From Phoronis australis (taxonomy: Eukaryota > Animalia > Phoronida): a stretch of 64,000 nucleotides of DNA. Below the pieces are notes generated by a model. The model was given only the letters and a program-made list of their open reading frames with translations, was not told the DNA's origin and did not search any database. The stretch spans positions 910,335-974,334 of the forward strand of contig NMRA01000039.1 of NCBI GenBank assembly GCA_002633005.1. Direction: 5' to 3'. Positions 1 to 14,200 of this stretch are shown piece after piece. How positions within the stretch are numbered: position 1 is the stretch's first letter; every line of letters starts with the position of its first letter. The position numbers and the translations under genes are program-made.

Positions 1-462
1 ATTATGGTATGAAATGACTGGTACTCCATGTGTTCTGTTGTATAATTGATGCGTGACAAGTTGCATTGAGTGCCTGATGGATTGTCTCAATTGCCATCTG
101 TTAATAGCGGTTTGTCAACAACGTGTTGCAAACAGTGTTTGCGACACAACACGTTGGGGCACCTGATGCATTATGCAACAGTTCAACAAGTCGTGCAAAA
201 AAAATCGATGTTCTTATTGAAGCTAGGTGTTTTTCCATTTACGTTTTACAAAATCATTCGAGGGACCAATTTAAAGTCTCCTTTGCATTAGGCATTGATT
301 ACTTCTTCCAAGATTTGCTGAAAAGCTGGTTGGGATTGGTACCTCTTGGATAATTTTCAAATGACAGACACGATCATGAAAAATGAAGTGCTTGTGTACA
401 AATGCAGACTAATGCATTACTCATTAAATGCTAAAATTTGTTTCCCAACTGGTAACTGAAGA

Positions 463-1012
463 GCCTTTTGCATTACGGATTTAGAACGGTGGACTAACAT
501 TCTTTCTCGACCACAATCATTTTAGACCCAATGCAAAAGGTGATTTGGAACGGTCTAAATTTAGTACGGTACTAAAGTTAGTACACTTGCAAAGACCCAA
601 GTAACGAGCGTACCAAAGCTGGTTCAATTGCATAAAAGCTCAATGCGAAAGGTTTGGTCTGGACTATTTTGCTCGACCATCCTAAATTATCTCCCCACTT
701 CACATGATTTTGGAGTTTTCCAGGCATTTTGCACACTCTTAATGTTGTTGCCATTTCTGTTCACTCACTGTTCACTGTACAATTAAAGTTAAACATGTCT
801 CAAAATAAGAATAGAAATTGGAATTGGTTGTCGGATCCGTTTTGTGGTACAGCGTAGTGACATCTCGAGTATGAAGAAGCTTTAAAGATAAGATGGCGGA
901 ATGTTAGTCCGGTCTACTGAGAATGGTTCCAATTTGGTATGGTGGGTTGTCACGCTGGTCTAAAATATGTTCTGACCACAAACTAATCTGGACTTACTCT
1001 AATGCAAAGGAA
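463..1012. mobile_element. Non-autonomous DNA element (MITE-like)
   Basis: Imperfect terminal inverted repeats gccttttgcatta ... taatgcaaagg, with internal recurring tagaccc/ctcgacca motifs. Confidence 0.45.
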
Positions 1013-1134
1013 GCATTACTGATCCATTCCCATTGACATCTGAATAGAACTAAGCATTACTGATCCATTCCCATTGAGATCTGAATAGAACTAAGCATTA
1101 CTGATCCATTCCCATTGACATCTGAATAGAACTA
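1011..1134. repeat. 41-bp tandem repeat x3
   Basis: Unit aagcattactgatccattcccattgacatctgaatagaact. Confidence 0.95.
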
Positions 1135-1349
1135 ACCACAAGTTAAGGCATTGTTTACTTTTATCAACAGCTTCTGATTGGAGACTGGGGAACAGAGATG
1201 ACTGTTAATGATAGCACTGTGTACACTCATTACACTGTAGGCTGACCTGGCCTGTTACTAGTTACTAGGAATACCCTTAAAGAATTTGAAGATATTCGAA
1301 TGTTCACAGTGCCTGCTGCTGACACTGCCATCATATTGCCTCGTTTCAG

Positions 1350-4300
1350 TTCGCTCTCGTGCTGGAGGTCATGCGTCATTTCGGCATCTTGTTAGAAGTG
1401 CCGTACGTTCGCCGCCAACTGACCGACCCACCGTATTATCTGGTACCAGCCTGTACTCTGTCTGAGAAGTGGTTTTTCCACGCCAAGAAAGAGTCGGAGT
1501 ATCACACGATGCTAATGGTTTGTATGATAACCACTCGACGAGGCAGTGTGGCCTGGTTGATAAGTGCCCGCTTTCTTTACTCGAGGTCGTGGGTTCAAGT
1601 CCCACCAGGTCACACTGCTAAACCCTTGAGCCAGGTTTCTAGCTCCTCAGCTCAGTTTTAACCATATATTAATAAAGCATAAAAATATTTCCAGGTGATC
1701 AGTGCAATGGGTCCACATGCGAGGCCTGCGCACGTCTGGTACAACGTGTATCAGACCGCCTGCAATTATTTTTTTTTATATAATAACCACTCATTAAGGT
1801 TATGTTGGGCCTTATCAACAAGTTTGTACATTTAGACAAATATCTACTCAACTACAGAATTTAACTCAACAGGTGTATAATATACTTTTGAAAGTAGAAA
1901 TTCCGTAGAATTTGATTTTTGACTTTATATCAATCCGTCACTAATTAGGTCACTTGACCTTGCTTTTTCGGGAAATTTAGCAAACATGTAAAGAACATTG
2001 GTTCCATAGCAAAACAACAGGATCAATAACATGACCAAATTTTGTATGATATAAATGATCAAGATAAAATCTCAAAAGTGCTGTACAGTTTCCGAAATTA
2101 TCATTTCGTTTTTGTTGTGTGCAACATAAAATTTTTCCTATTTTTTGATAACCCCAAATGCAACAGTGTATAAAGCATAGTTTCGGAGTTTCCTGTGAAG
2201 CAGGATGTGGTGCCCTTTTGGAGGGTCAGCTATCATAAAACACTTTATACAAGGATTATTTTATTTTGTAGAAATTATTTCTGTGTGAAATGACAAAAGA
2301 TGTTTAAAACCTTTGTCACTGTGCTTACCTTCATCAAATTCTGCCGTTCTAGACGCAAATGTACTGGCCGAAATTTCACTTGAGTCCTACCAAAGAAACC
2401 GACGTGGAAGTGAACTATGATTTCAAGTTTACGATGTGTTACCCGTCCAATTTGACGGCACGGCTTCTCAGGGAAATCGTCAAGCTAGGTGGCGTTACTC
2501 TGCTCTGGTCCAAAGGGTGTCTCGTCACAAAGGGAGCGGTGGAAATATTTATATTCAACAACATGCATGGAGGTCAGCCATTTTGTTTCATTTCAAGGTC
2601 TTTAACAAGTAATATTTCCTTGCAGTATTTCAAGAATACATTTCACAAGTTAACTTGTGCGTTCACAGAGATCAACTGCAACCAGTTTGACCAAAAAGAA
2701 TGTCTCGTCACAAGATACATGTTAATTACTTTCTTTGATTGGCTATCGTACATCGGTCAGAGCATAATTCTGAAGATAAATCATTGGTTGGTTTATCAGT
2801 ACATTACGGACGGAAAGCGAGACATCATCACACTGGTGCTAATCTTGAATCTTAGTCTTGCCGCACTTCTTATAATCTTTAGGGGAAATTACATTGGATC
2901 AAAAACGTAACTGGAAAACCCACCAGGTATTGGTTTATATGCTAATCCGTATTGGTCTTCTGATGCTGTGGCATGAAACTTGGTTTAAAAGTTATTTTAA
3001 TTTGTTGAATTTGAAGTAGTTTCTAGGAATGTGACGTAATCACTTTCCTTCGCTACATTGGATCAAAAACGTAACTGGAAAACCCACCAAGTATTGGTTT
3101 ATATGCTAATCCGTATTGGTCTTCTGATGCTGTGGCATGAAACTTGGTTTAAAAGTTATTTTAATTTGTTGAATTTGAAGTAGTTTCTAGGAATGTGACG
3201 TAATCACTTTCCTTCGCTGTGATGTTAGAGGTCCTCGATTATTTCTGAGAACCAAAAAGCTGTTAATTAAATGTAAGTGTTGGTTTTTAGACTTTTGTGA
3301 AAAGTGAAGTTTATATACTGTACAAGCCAAAAGTATTCACACAAAATGACTGGTAATTCCCCGTCATGACAACTGGACAGAAGCCGAATTTGTAAGAGTA
3401 GTCTCCCCTGATGTGACAGAGAATGACTAGGAATTGACAGGACAGTTAGTAAAGTGGCTAAGCCATGCTGTAATTAGAATTGTGCCGCCGTAATAGTTAT
3501 TACCGGTGATTTTTGCTGTTAACAGAATTTGCTCTCACAATGGGGAATGGTATTACGGTATGTCTGATAACTTTTGTCTCATGTAGCAGTAACAGGGAAG
3601 CAGCCATAAGAATACATCACGGTAATTCTTCATTTATTTAGAACACAACATGGTCGACAAGTGATGTTCTGTTTCGTTAAATTTTTCCTCAAAAGTGAAG
3701 ATTAAAATCATTTAAGTCCATCACAATCATGGTTTGCAGTTTGTAGATGTCATAAAACAACATTTGCTTAAGATCCCATTATTTGCAAAAAGTTAATCAG
3801 CCATTGAAAAATTGAAAAGTGGCCATTTTTACAATTTTTTTGTGTGAAATAAGTAGAGAATTACCCCATACTTCTAATCTTTAATTCATTTATTAATAAA
3901 AGCTGTCAATACAAAATTTTAGCTCACATAGTTTCGAGCAATCATTCAAACAATGGTTTGGTTGCAAACAATTTAGTTTCATGCGTGATTACAGCTGACT
4001 GTGTTAATTTGTTCACAGTAATGTGTTGTATCTGTGTTGACACGATTAGCTTGACAGTTCATTCTCAATTCTTCAGGGACCATTTACCTCAAAGTCCGTC
4101 TAATCTTGCTACATTTGTCACTTGTGGTCAGAGAAGTGACCGAAACATTGTCCTGTAGTTTCTCATGCTACTTTTTTGTTCTGTCTTGCAGTATATGAAT
4201 ATGATGTGGCCAACGGATGGCGTGCGGACTTAGAAATGTTTACGATCTATCTTGTAGTATTGTTTTCGGATACTATCGAGGTGGGAGCCAGAGTAACCAA

Positions 4301-5266
4301 GGGAACCGCTGAAACGATGGCTATAACTCACGAATACCTGTGGAGTGCACTGAATCCCTATCTCCTGTTGATAGAGTACATGGTTGACCAGTATCCATTG
4401 TTAGGGGCCAAGGTCAGTGGTTTGTGTTGTATTGTGGACTCCCCTAAAAATTCTACAGCTTGGGACTGTCTAAAATTTGGGACACTGAAATTCAAGCCAT
4501 AATTGAATTTTCCTGGTGTTGAAGATTGAGCAATTTTGGTGTACGTCATGTTTCTCGAATGTTGGACACTGCAATTTGCATCAACAAAATCAGAAATAAA
4601 AGTAGCTGCCAATTTAAAAAACTCTTCTTTCTCGTAATTCTTGAATTTGGAATGGCCAGTATTGCCTAGTTCTAAAATTTGGTACAAACTCTAACCTTGA
4701 GCAAAATACTTTATTAAGTTTTCACTGTCCCAAACTGGAGAATTTGCACCATGCTCCTGTTCAATAATTTTGTATTGCTCAACATCAAATACATTCTGTT
4801 GCTGTGGCACTTGAATTCGGTGGCTTTTACCCACAATGCTTCACATTTGGCTGGTACTGATACCTTTGAATTCTTGTTTCATACATTTATCATCACTTGA
4901 ATTAATTCAATGCAAGTACAGTTATATACTAAAGACGCATCGTGACATTTTCGATTGGAACAATGTGGGAGGGTAAATACGAGGATTTATTACAAAAAAA
5001 TTAATGTTTACGAATGAAGTGTTTTTTCCTCAGCTTGCAAGTGGTGGTGAATTAACGACAGCTTCAGCTTCTAAAAAGTTTCTCCTCTAAACACAGTTTG
5101 GCGAATGCCTGCGTATTTTTGTTGCAGCACCGTATCCCATGTCCAGGCAACTGTTCAGAATCAGTTGCACATACATTTTCTCCCGTTGAACTGGTGCCAG
5201 GTCAGTCGTTGAAGTGTCCTACCTGCAGTGAACCAGTCGAGGAAAGCAAAAGGATGTTGATGTCAG
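1350..5266 (+). CDS. Roco gene exons 1-4: C-terminal part of a first COR domain
   Basis: Spliced peptide VLEVMRHFGILLEV...YYLVPAC...YWPKF...NYDFKFTMCYPSNLTARLL...LLWSKGCLV...IEVGAR...LWSALNPYLLLIEYMVDQYPLLGAKHRIPCPGNC...HTF...KCPTC. It parallels the downstream COR (LLHLTEAFDLTF...IVPCLL...EWP...YTFDYLPAGLFNRI...IWKTGSLL...YQVPCSEC...CHK) and MFHAS1/LRRK-type COR domains. Confidence 0.75.
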
Positions 5267-8200
5267 GTGAGCAGAAGTTTTAAAGCCCCATACAGTGCTA
5301 ACTGAGTCATGTCAAAGGCACAGATCTCAAACTGCATTTTAACTCTTTATGCACAATAGATATTTGCCTGGCAGAGTATTCGAGGTTTTGTTGAAAATTC
5401 ACGTCTGACATTTCAAACTCAAATGCCAAATCAGAATCGTTTAGTATTTGAGTCCATTTAAACGTCAACAGGTGGCACTGATTTCAAAATGCATTTTATT
5501 TCTTTTTACACGACAGATATTTGCCTGGCAGAGTTTTCAAGATTTTGGTGAAAATGCAGGTCTGTCATTTCAAACTTGAATGCCAAATCAGAATCATTAA
5601 GAGTTTGAGTCCGTTTAGATGTTAACGGGTTAGTAAACACTATTGGTGTATTTGGCAGTGAATGTGTAAGTCATTGAAAGGGGCGTTTGGCATTGAAAAG
5701 GTTCAGTCAAGTTTTGGGTGATGTTTCAGTTCGTAAAAGTGACCTGCCAACTCCACTCAGTCCACACTGGAGACACAAACTAGTCATTAAAAACCTTTTT
5801 AAGAAAGGGATCTCTGCTAAAATGTAAATTTATTAGAACAAATTAATTCATAGAAATTCGAATAGATGTCAGAGTTGCTGTAATGTGAACTTGTCATGGG
5901 AAGACATGATGGGTTATTGCCTGGGAAACAGGATTTTGTCCACTTGTTTTTGGCATGTAGTGTTTGTTCTCGATTTTATAGTGCCACTAACAGTACACCC
6001 AGATTCATCACTGTGGGTACAGTTGCTATCATGACGCCTGGGCTTACATGGAATTCATCCTCACAGTGGTCGTCTGTCATGACGAGGACTGTTGGCTTGT
6101 GTAACTTGGTCACGAGGATAGATTAGTCGGCCAAAATTACCAGTAATGATGGGCCAGGTCATCACCCATCACTTTCATTGCAAGCAGAATTGCCCATCCC
6201 AATGGGAAACGATATATTTTGTCCACATGCTTTTCACGTGTATTGTCACTAATGATTGAAGAACAAAAAGTCCAACTGACATTGAAGTTTCAGTACATAG
6301 ACTATACCTGATTCAGTGTAAAAATCTTTCAATTTGTTCCATCAGGTCGAAAGCGAGTGGCGCACATTCATCAGTGGGTCACAATCGACTGGCAGGTCAC
6401 GTGCACGATGTGTCAGAACTGCGTGAAGCCCCTGCAGGAACTGTGTCCTTACAACCACATTGGAGACGAGCTGAGCTGCCGGTGTGTCAACTTTGGATGG
6501 TGTTGTCGTAACTGTGGCATATGCAGGCGATGTTCGGCACTCCTGTGGGTAAGTCGTGTATCATGCGTCTGTTTCATTAAAACTGATTCAAGAGTAAAAT
6601 CAGAAATTTTGTCTTTCGCTCCACAAATGATTGAATCTCACTTGAACAAAAGTACAAAGTCTTTTAGAGTATACACATATTTATTAAGTGTTAGTTTATG
6701 AGGTAATCTTTATGAATTACTTATAGACTGTGATGTGCACACAATTTCTTGTTGACTAAACCTTTCTTTAGCAGTTGTGAAGTGGGTGTGTATGACCAAA
6801 TGTTTATCTTAAATCTTAACAAGTCATTTTTCAGTCCCGAGGGGACAAGTGGCTCCTGACTTAAGTCAGAAATTTTGACTTATGCTCCCATGTGTCAATT
6901 ACTGATTAAAGTTTTCTTCATGAATGTGTTACCACATCGCAGTCTAGAAATAATTTCTGAAAATTGTACAAGCATCTCAAGTAGCAATTGTGTATGATAT
7001 TTTCATGCAACTTGTACTTTTGCTAAGGTGAGGTATTTGTTCTTCATAAATTGTGAAGCATGAGACGAAATTTCTGATTTAAGGCTTATGTCACTTTTCA
7101 TGAAATGGACACCTGGGGTCGGTGCACTTGTTTGTATCCCAAACTTGGTCATACATCGTCAGCTGCCAATCTGAAGCTGAATTAAAGATACTCTCGTAGC
7201 GTCATAAGCTGCGTAGTGAAAATTACTTGTAGTATTTATTATTTGCCCCTTCAACACAGCATGAAGCCTTTTCAAAATAAAAATAATTTCATTTAGAATT
7301 CTTAAATTTAATTTTTGAATTGTGTATGCAACCAGCACAATTTTAGTGACATCTTTGGGTTGATGATGCTCGTCCCTTGTTCTGAACTGTTAAAAACAAA
7401 GGGTGGGGTCTCTTTAAAATGACATCCATGAATATAACGCGACAATTATTCATATGCTTTCTTAACTTTAGTACTGTTGCATTATGGCCTGAATATACAA
7501 CTAGTCAGCATAGTGGCTTAGAATTTTACAAATAGATGATTGTAAATCATGGGTGTTGTTCCACACAATAGGCTTTTTGAAACTGAGATGCAAAATCAGT
7601 GAAATAGTTCTTTGTAAACCCTGATCTAAGTCATACCACCGGTTTATGGTTCTGACCGATAAGATACTTGTTTTATTACCCCCTATGCGTTCTGAACATC
7701 CAAGCCCGGAATTTGGATTGAACTACAAGTCTGTAACTTGACGTGACACCTCCTCCGTATTTCAGAAAATGGACAAATTTTTGTATCCTTCCTTCACGTC
7801 TGCTAGCTTCACTGCTATTGCTCCATCTAGTGGCCAACTTTCAGGAAACATTGTTTGCCTGCCTGACGGTAGTACTGAAGATAGGTATGTCTCGTTAACA
7901 TCGGTAGTATAAGGCCCATTATTCAGATAGGAATATCGTTGTTCCAATGTCCAATTCACATCGTTTTAAACATTAATTTTTAAAATTTTTGGTTACTTGT
8001 TCTTCGAATATACAGTAATGCTATGTCACAGATTCTTTACTTTAGGGCTTAATCTGATGGAAAAGTGTAACTTCATTTTATTCATCAATTTTGCATTTTG
8101 TCCATTAGATCTGAGGTTAACTGTCCAAGAGTTGGGTTACTTTTACAATGTACAGCCAGAGATAATTGTAAAGCTTAAAAGCTGTCTGTGATGCTAATTT

Positions 8201-11200
8201 TGGGTAGTGGAGCTGCAACTGGCTTCTACCTAGTAGTTTTAACTCGGTACTAAAGTCCCCTCTCGTATAGAAGGTAGTTTGACCCGAAACTTATACCAAG
8301 TCTTTGTTTTGTACTTGTCTTCAGCTCAATGACTGTGGCGTGCAGCAATGCCTTTTCAAAGATCAGTCACACCACCCTGTGCTTGGTAATTCTTGATGAA
8401 GGACCGGTGACGATAACAATCGACAAAATGTAAGCTATTATACAACCAAGGCATATGCAATTGCCAATGCAGTGCGCGACTCTGATTAAGTGGCCTCCCT
8501 TTACTAGTTAGGTGGCACTAATGCGGTGTTGTCAGCGCTTGATTGAAACATGTATCACAGTTAGATTACGCGCTGATGCCGTGTAGCTGTGTCCTGAGCA
8601 AAGCGTGTGAGCTGTGATCCTTCAGTTGGCTCAGCTGTACAAATAAGTATGTCAATCATGGTTGGGAGGTATCGTGCGATGACCTAACATCCCGTCCAGG
8701 GGATGTCGAAAGACTTTCACTTGTTCATGCTACAGATAGCTTGATCTGTAACTGGCTCTGATGGCTCATGAACTGGTCTTTCTTATATCAATTCAACGTC
8801 TGTCATGAAAAGGGAACCAGTAACATGCAGTTAAAGGGTCAAAGCACCAACTGGGAACAATTTGTCGGTTCAAAGAACCTCACCTGTGAATTCCGACGGA
8901 TCGAGGTCTGTCAACTTGGTTTTGTCAGTTCTTGGCAATCCCAGAAATCACGTTGTATCCGAGCTTGATATAACTTGTGTGCACCCACTGGAACGTGCAT
9001 GCGTCTAGTTTATTCAACGTTAACACCTCTTTCGGGTGTTCAGGTTATGTGGGTCCCTAGAAAAATTTGGCGCCTAATGTTCATAACTTCATGTCTCAGA
9101 AATGGTTGATTGTATTCATGTGAAACTTTCAAGTAGTATACTTTATACATTGTTCTCAAAAATGTTTTTATATCATTGTTTTCTAAATGTTCGGTTTTTG
9201 CACAAAGAGTTATCAAAAATAAGTCTTATTTATGATTTTTATGAAAAATTGCTTTAATTAAAATGCAATTAATATTGTAGACAATTGTAACAGCACTTTC
9301 GAAATATTAGCTTCAACATTTGTATCAAATGAAATTTGGGCCTGTTATTGATGCGTTTTTATAAATTTTACTAAAAGTAAATGGTCACGTTACTCAATTT
9401 ATGACTGATTGGTGTAAAGTTAAAAATCAAAGTCTACAGGTTTTCAGCTATCAGAAAATATACACTTTGCCAAGTTAAATCCTAAAGTGTTGTAGGTATT
9501 TCACCTAATTCACGGATTTGTGGGTAAGATTCCAGTACGTAACCTCACGGCCTTCAACTTTGTGGTAAAATTTCAGAGATCCGAGATACAAAGAAGCAGA
9601 CGACGAGATAGTATTTAAATTTGAAGCTCACACTGGAACCCTGACAACCGAAGGTCAAACAAGGTCACTTGGAAATGAGGCTGTGTGCCACACGGGTGAC
9701 ACATTGATTGTCGAGGTGGTCAGAGATTACGAAAAGGTCGTGGACAAGAAATTGGTTAGTTTCTTGTATTTTAGTTGATTTTCGTGATAGGTTTATATTT
9801 TAATCATAGCTCACTTGAAATTCTTAGAATGTCTCTTACACTCCTGACGATTGCTCTGTTACACTGTCTTACAGTCATTTTTTCGTACTGTTGAACTGAG
9901 GAAGAACAACTGTCTGCTAACCACTGCTGAACTTTCTCACGGATGTGGTTCAACGATAACGTTGTCATCAGACGGGGAAAAGAAGCCAAGAGTGATCATT
10001 TATAGTCCATCTGCAATGGTATGTTGATTAGTGTCGTCTGAATCTGATTTTCTTACATTTTGAAAAGTTACGGTAAAACCTCACAAATTTAGGGCACAAT
10101 GTGGCAGACAAGTGCAAAATTTTATAATTTTTCCGTTTATTTTCAATTTTTGCCAAAGATTGGTAGTGTAAGGTTCATGCTTTTCCATGTTCATGTTCTG
10201 TACCTTATCTATCAATATTATGGGAACTCCCAACAATTTTAAAGAAACATTTGAAAAATGATAAAAGGAAATTTTGGTAAGTATTTTCACTTATAACTAA
10301 TAAGATTTCCGTTTACTTTAAGCCCCTTGCCTTGTCTCACTCAGTATGAACCATAATGATATTTTTGGGAGGAACAATGTAATGATTGGATTTGGCAGTT
10401 ACTCTCACTTTGAGGTGCAACTTGTTTCCTGGCCTGCCGTGAGCATTGTGCTGTTTATTCCCTCCTTGTTCCCACTCCAATGGAAAGAACAAAAGCATCT
10501 TGCTGTTGACCCAATTTTTCTAATTCTGGTGTGCAAGGAAGGGCGATTTGACATGAATATAACCCAATTTCGTAGTTCACGGAGTTTTTGAGATGTTTGC
10601 CGTTTTTATGTGAATTATCTCAGGCAATTTGACGGCGTCAGGATCACCAAGAATTTTAAAAAATGCCAGGAAATATCCCACTACTTCAAATCTATATGGA
10701 ATGCAGATACCAGTCCATCAACTACACCACTGCGTATTTCTTCATGTCAACGGTATATCGGAAAATGAATAAACTTCATTCATCTCTGTTCCAGACTTTG
10801 ACATCTGCTCACTTTGATGCTGGTGCTGCGATGATATTTCATACGGGTGTAGGGAACACGTGGTCTGTTGGTCGCATAGCCACCATTACTGAAGACGGAG
10901 ACCTGGTTTTGGCGGATGACAAAGGGAGCGAGTATAAGTTCAAGGTGACCTCTGAGAACATCTTGCCGGCTTGTTTCTCGCAGGAGCTGAACTTGTTGCT
11001 GAATGGAGGTTTGTTGAAATTGATAGAAATTATCCAACCTTTATTCACAGTAATTAATAAAAGAAGCACTCTTTGGGGCAACAGTAATTTTCTTAATTGT
11101 CTTTAAATCTTTAATTCCTACATTGTTGCAAATTCTCAAAATTTTACCAAGTGTTGTTAGTTTTACAGTTGAATAGAAAAAAACAAGCGGATAATGAAGC

Positions 11201-14200
11201 AAACTTTGTACTCATCTGCCATCCGGTGTCAAACTGTAGTATTTTCCTGTGAGCGTGCTCCATCTGGTGACAGATTGCCACCCACCTTGACTTTTTTATG
11301 TATTAATCAGTTTTTGTTACTTCCCTGTAAATTAGCTTCGGGAGCACTTCTTAGTTAGCGCATATCAAGTACTGAGGTTCAGGTTGTCTGTAGTAATGTC
11401 CAGTCATGTGACCATACACACATGGTCTGTGTTATTGACCTGCTGTAACCTCACTCTAAGGATGTTTGTCTTGAATGTTTAGCTGAGACAGTGTGACTAT
11501 AACACCTGCAATATGCTTTATTTAGAAAATCTCAAGGACGAGGTCATTGGTTGTAAAATCATCACATTTATATCTTGTTCAGTGGCCATTCCTGCTGCTG
11601 AATATCTTACCAGGTTTTCTCCATTGTTTTATAGTGCAGGTTGCCTGTTGTCAGCAATACACTCACACACAACACACACACATGCACACAAACGCACACA
11701 AACCAAGTATAAAATAATTATCTAAAACCTTTCATCCTCAGATTTCCAGGGTGGGTAAGTTCTTATCAATGCTTGGGGAAATTATCAATTAAAAGGCCAG
11801 GTGACTTGGGGTCCATAAAGGGTAACGATGAAATTAACAGCTTACTCGTTGCCAAGCTATTTAAGATGACCGGTAACGCTGAACGAGAGTATGTTGTAAA
11901 TGTATCCAAAAGCTCCATGAAAATAGAATCCTTTTTATGATGCTATCAGACATTTTAGACATTTTGCTTATGCTGATTTACCATCAAAAAAAAATAATTC
12001 TTTGCCACCATCTGACGCCAGTTCTTGTTGTGTTTAGAACCTTGTGTAGCTGAGAAGAAGCTGGCCCAGTATTTGCTAAACCATGGCTACACAACACCCC
12101 AGTGGTCACTGTTCAACTATAGCAGAGGGTTCCAACCACACAAGCCAGTTAACACATGGTTCTGTTCTGAAGGCATCTACAGTTACCGAGGTATTGTTAA
12201 AGTTATATTGAGCACTGTTTGAGTCAGTTAAAAATTAACTAAGATAAAATAAGAATAAAATGCTTTCTAAGACAAAAATAACACTTGTGTACTTCATTCT
12301 GACCACGGTATAATGATAGAAAACAAGGCAGCATTGACACGCCTTATTTGAAAACTTGCTTTCGGCTTTTGCAAAATTAAACCAAAACATTTGTCGCTTG
12401 CCATTGTGTCCTGAGGTGATATCCACGTTACCGAAACTGCACTCAATACCTTTATGTATTTTGCCACTGTTTGATTCTTTGTCAGTGTGATCTCGTGTTA
12501 AATGTTATGACCACAAGAAGGCACTGGTTGTTGAAAGATTCACTAATAATGTAGTTCTCGTTTAATACGAACTTATGATAATTGTCTGTTATTCTGTGCT
12601 TGAGTATGTTATACGTGATTATGCAAACCACTGTGTTGTACAAATTTGCTCGTGATAGCCCCTAGATTAGAGCTATAAATAACTCAAAATTTCTAAGTCC
12701 AGTATCGAACGTATGGGTTTAATGTTGTGGGTCATCAAGTGCAGAGTAATATTACATAATCGTCCTTGTAAACCTTGATGTACTCGAGCACAGAATACTA
12801 AGAATAACTGTCAAACATCTTGAGTTCATGCAAAATGTAGAATGGAAAATCTAACTTCGAGTTTGATCTTGATTAAGAAGATCAGATCCCAGGTTTGAGT
12901 GGTTATTGCACCATAAGGACTTTTACTTGAAAACAGCTCCATAATCATTGGTACACCTTATGGCCTATACCTTACCATGCACATTGTTGGTAAATGTCAA
13001 GGTAATATTCATACACCTCTTTACCAATGGTGCATCCCACACACAGCATCAGAGTGTCATGAACTATATTTTGTGCTCAGCTTAGCTGGACATGTTAATT
13101 GGTTTTTGCTAATGTACCTAAAAATTATCCAAAGTCTAAAAAGTCACTTAGTGTGATTTCGCATTTTAATTTTCTACATGAACGCAAGAAACATGTAAAT
13201 GACCTCCAAAAATAGAAGGTTGCATTGTTGCAATTAAACAACAGCTAGGTTTTGTAATTAGTTTTATGTCAAGCATGTCAGCAAGATAGAAACTCAGTTA
13301 CAAGAGAAGTTTTAACTTAAAAGCCTTCTCAAAACTTTCATGCTTTTTAAAGTCTTCTATTTTTGATGTGGTTTTGAGTTTTCCTCCATTAGACTTGGTA
13401 GCGATATGATGCAGATATAACTTAACAAATTGATTGTCCTTTGATTTTTTTCTCCACTAACGTCTGTGAGTTATTTTCACTTTCAGCTATTCAAACAGTC
13501 ATATCAAATTTTGGGGTTCGCTCCACCAAAGGTTTCAAGCCCAATTTCGGAATCGCCTTGCTTCCGTTCATGGACTTCAACAGATATGTGCTGGTACCCT
13601 CACGCCAGGTCGCTCAGAACTGGGAGAAACTATCTTACATGCTACTGTGCCCAGGTTCATCGCAGATGGGTAAGTTTTGGGTATGCTAAACTTGATTCAC
13701 CTGCTACTTACCCAGAAATCCACTGTGACATTTGGCGTACCTTTACTTCCAACTGGTGGCTAATAACTCAAGGTAATAGGGCCGTCCCGGGTTACATGGT
13801 GATAGAACTTTCCTTTGTTTCGGAAATTAGAAAGCACGTGACCTCGTTTTAGAGATCAGGCACATTTTCATGTCTCTTATTGATGTCGAGATGGAAAAGA
13901 ACTTCAGATCACGCATCCACTGGTTTGTCCAGTTTATCAAACATTCTCACATCGGAGTTGCAGCCCACAGGACTGGAGTAATACTTTGTTAGCATTGGAA
14001 GGACGTAGAGAGTAATGCAACCGAGAAAAACTTGTAAAGAATCGAACAACAACAAATAACGTGTGAAACTCCAGTGGCTCGAAAACGAGGCAGAAAATGT
14101 GCCTGACGGATGCTTACGGCATTGTGGGTAAATACAGAGAGATTCAAGTACCGCTGTGTAATCCAGGATGGGCCTATTTGTCTATTGTGGTGTGTCCTGG

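Noticed and set aside
1540-1620. tRNA gene
   Set aside because: It has A/B boxes but no convincing cloverleaf, and continues into a body shared with 31150-31372, so it is a SINE head.
11742-11754. 13-nt micro-exon candidate (cag|atttccagggtgg|gtaagt)
   Set aside because: Inclusion would shift the frame, and the flanking exons 10795-11008 and 13487-13669 already join in phase.
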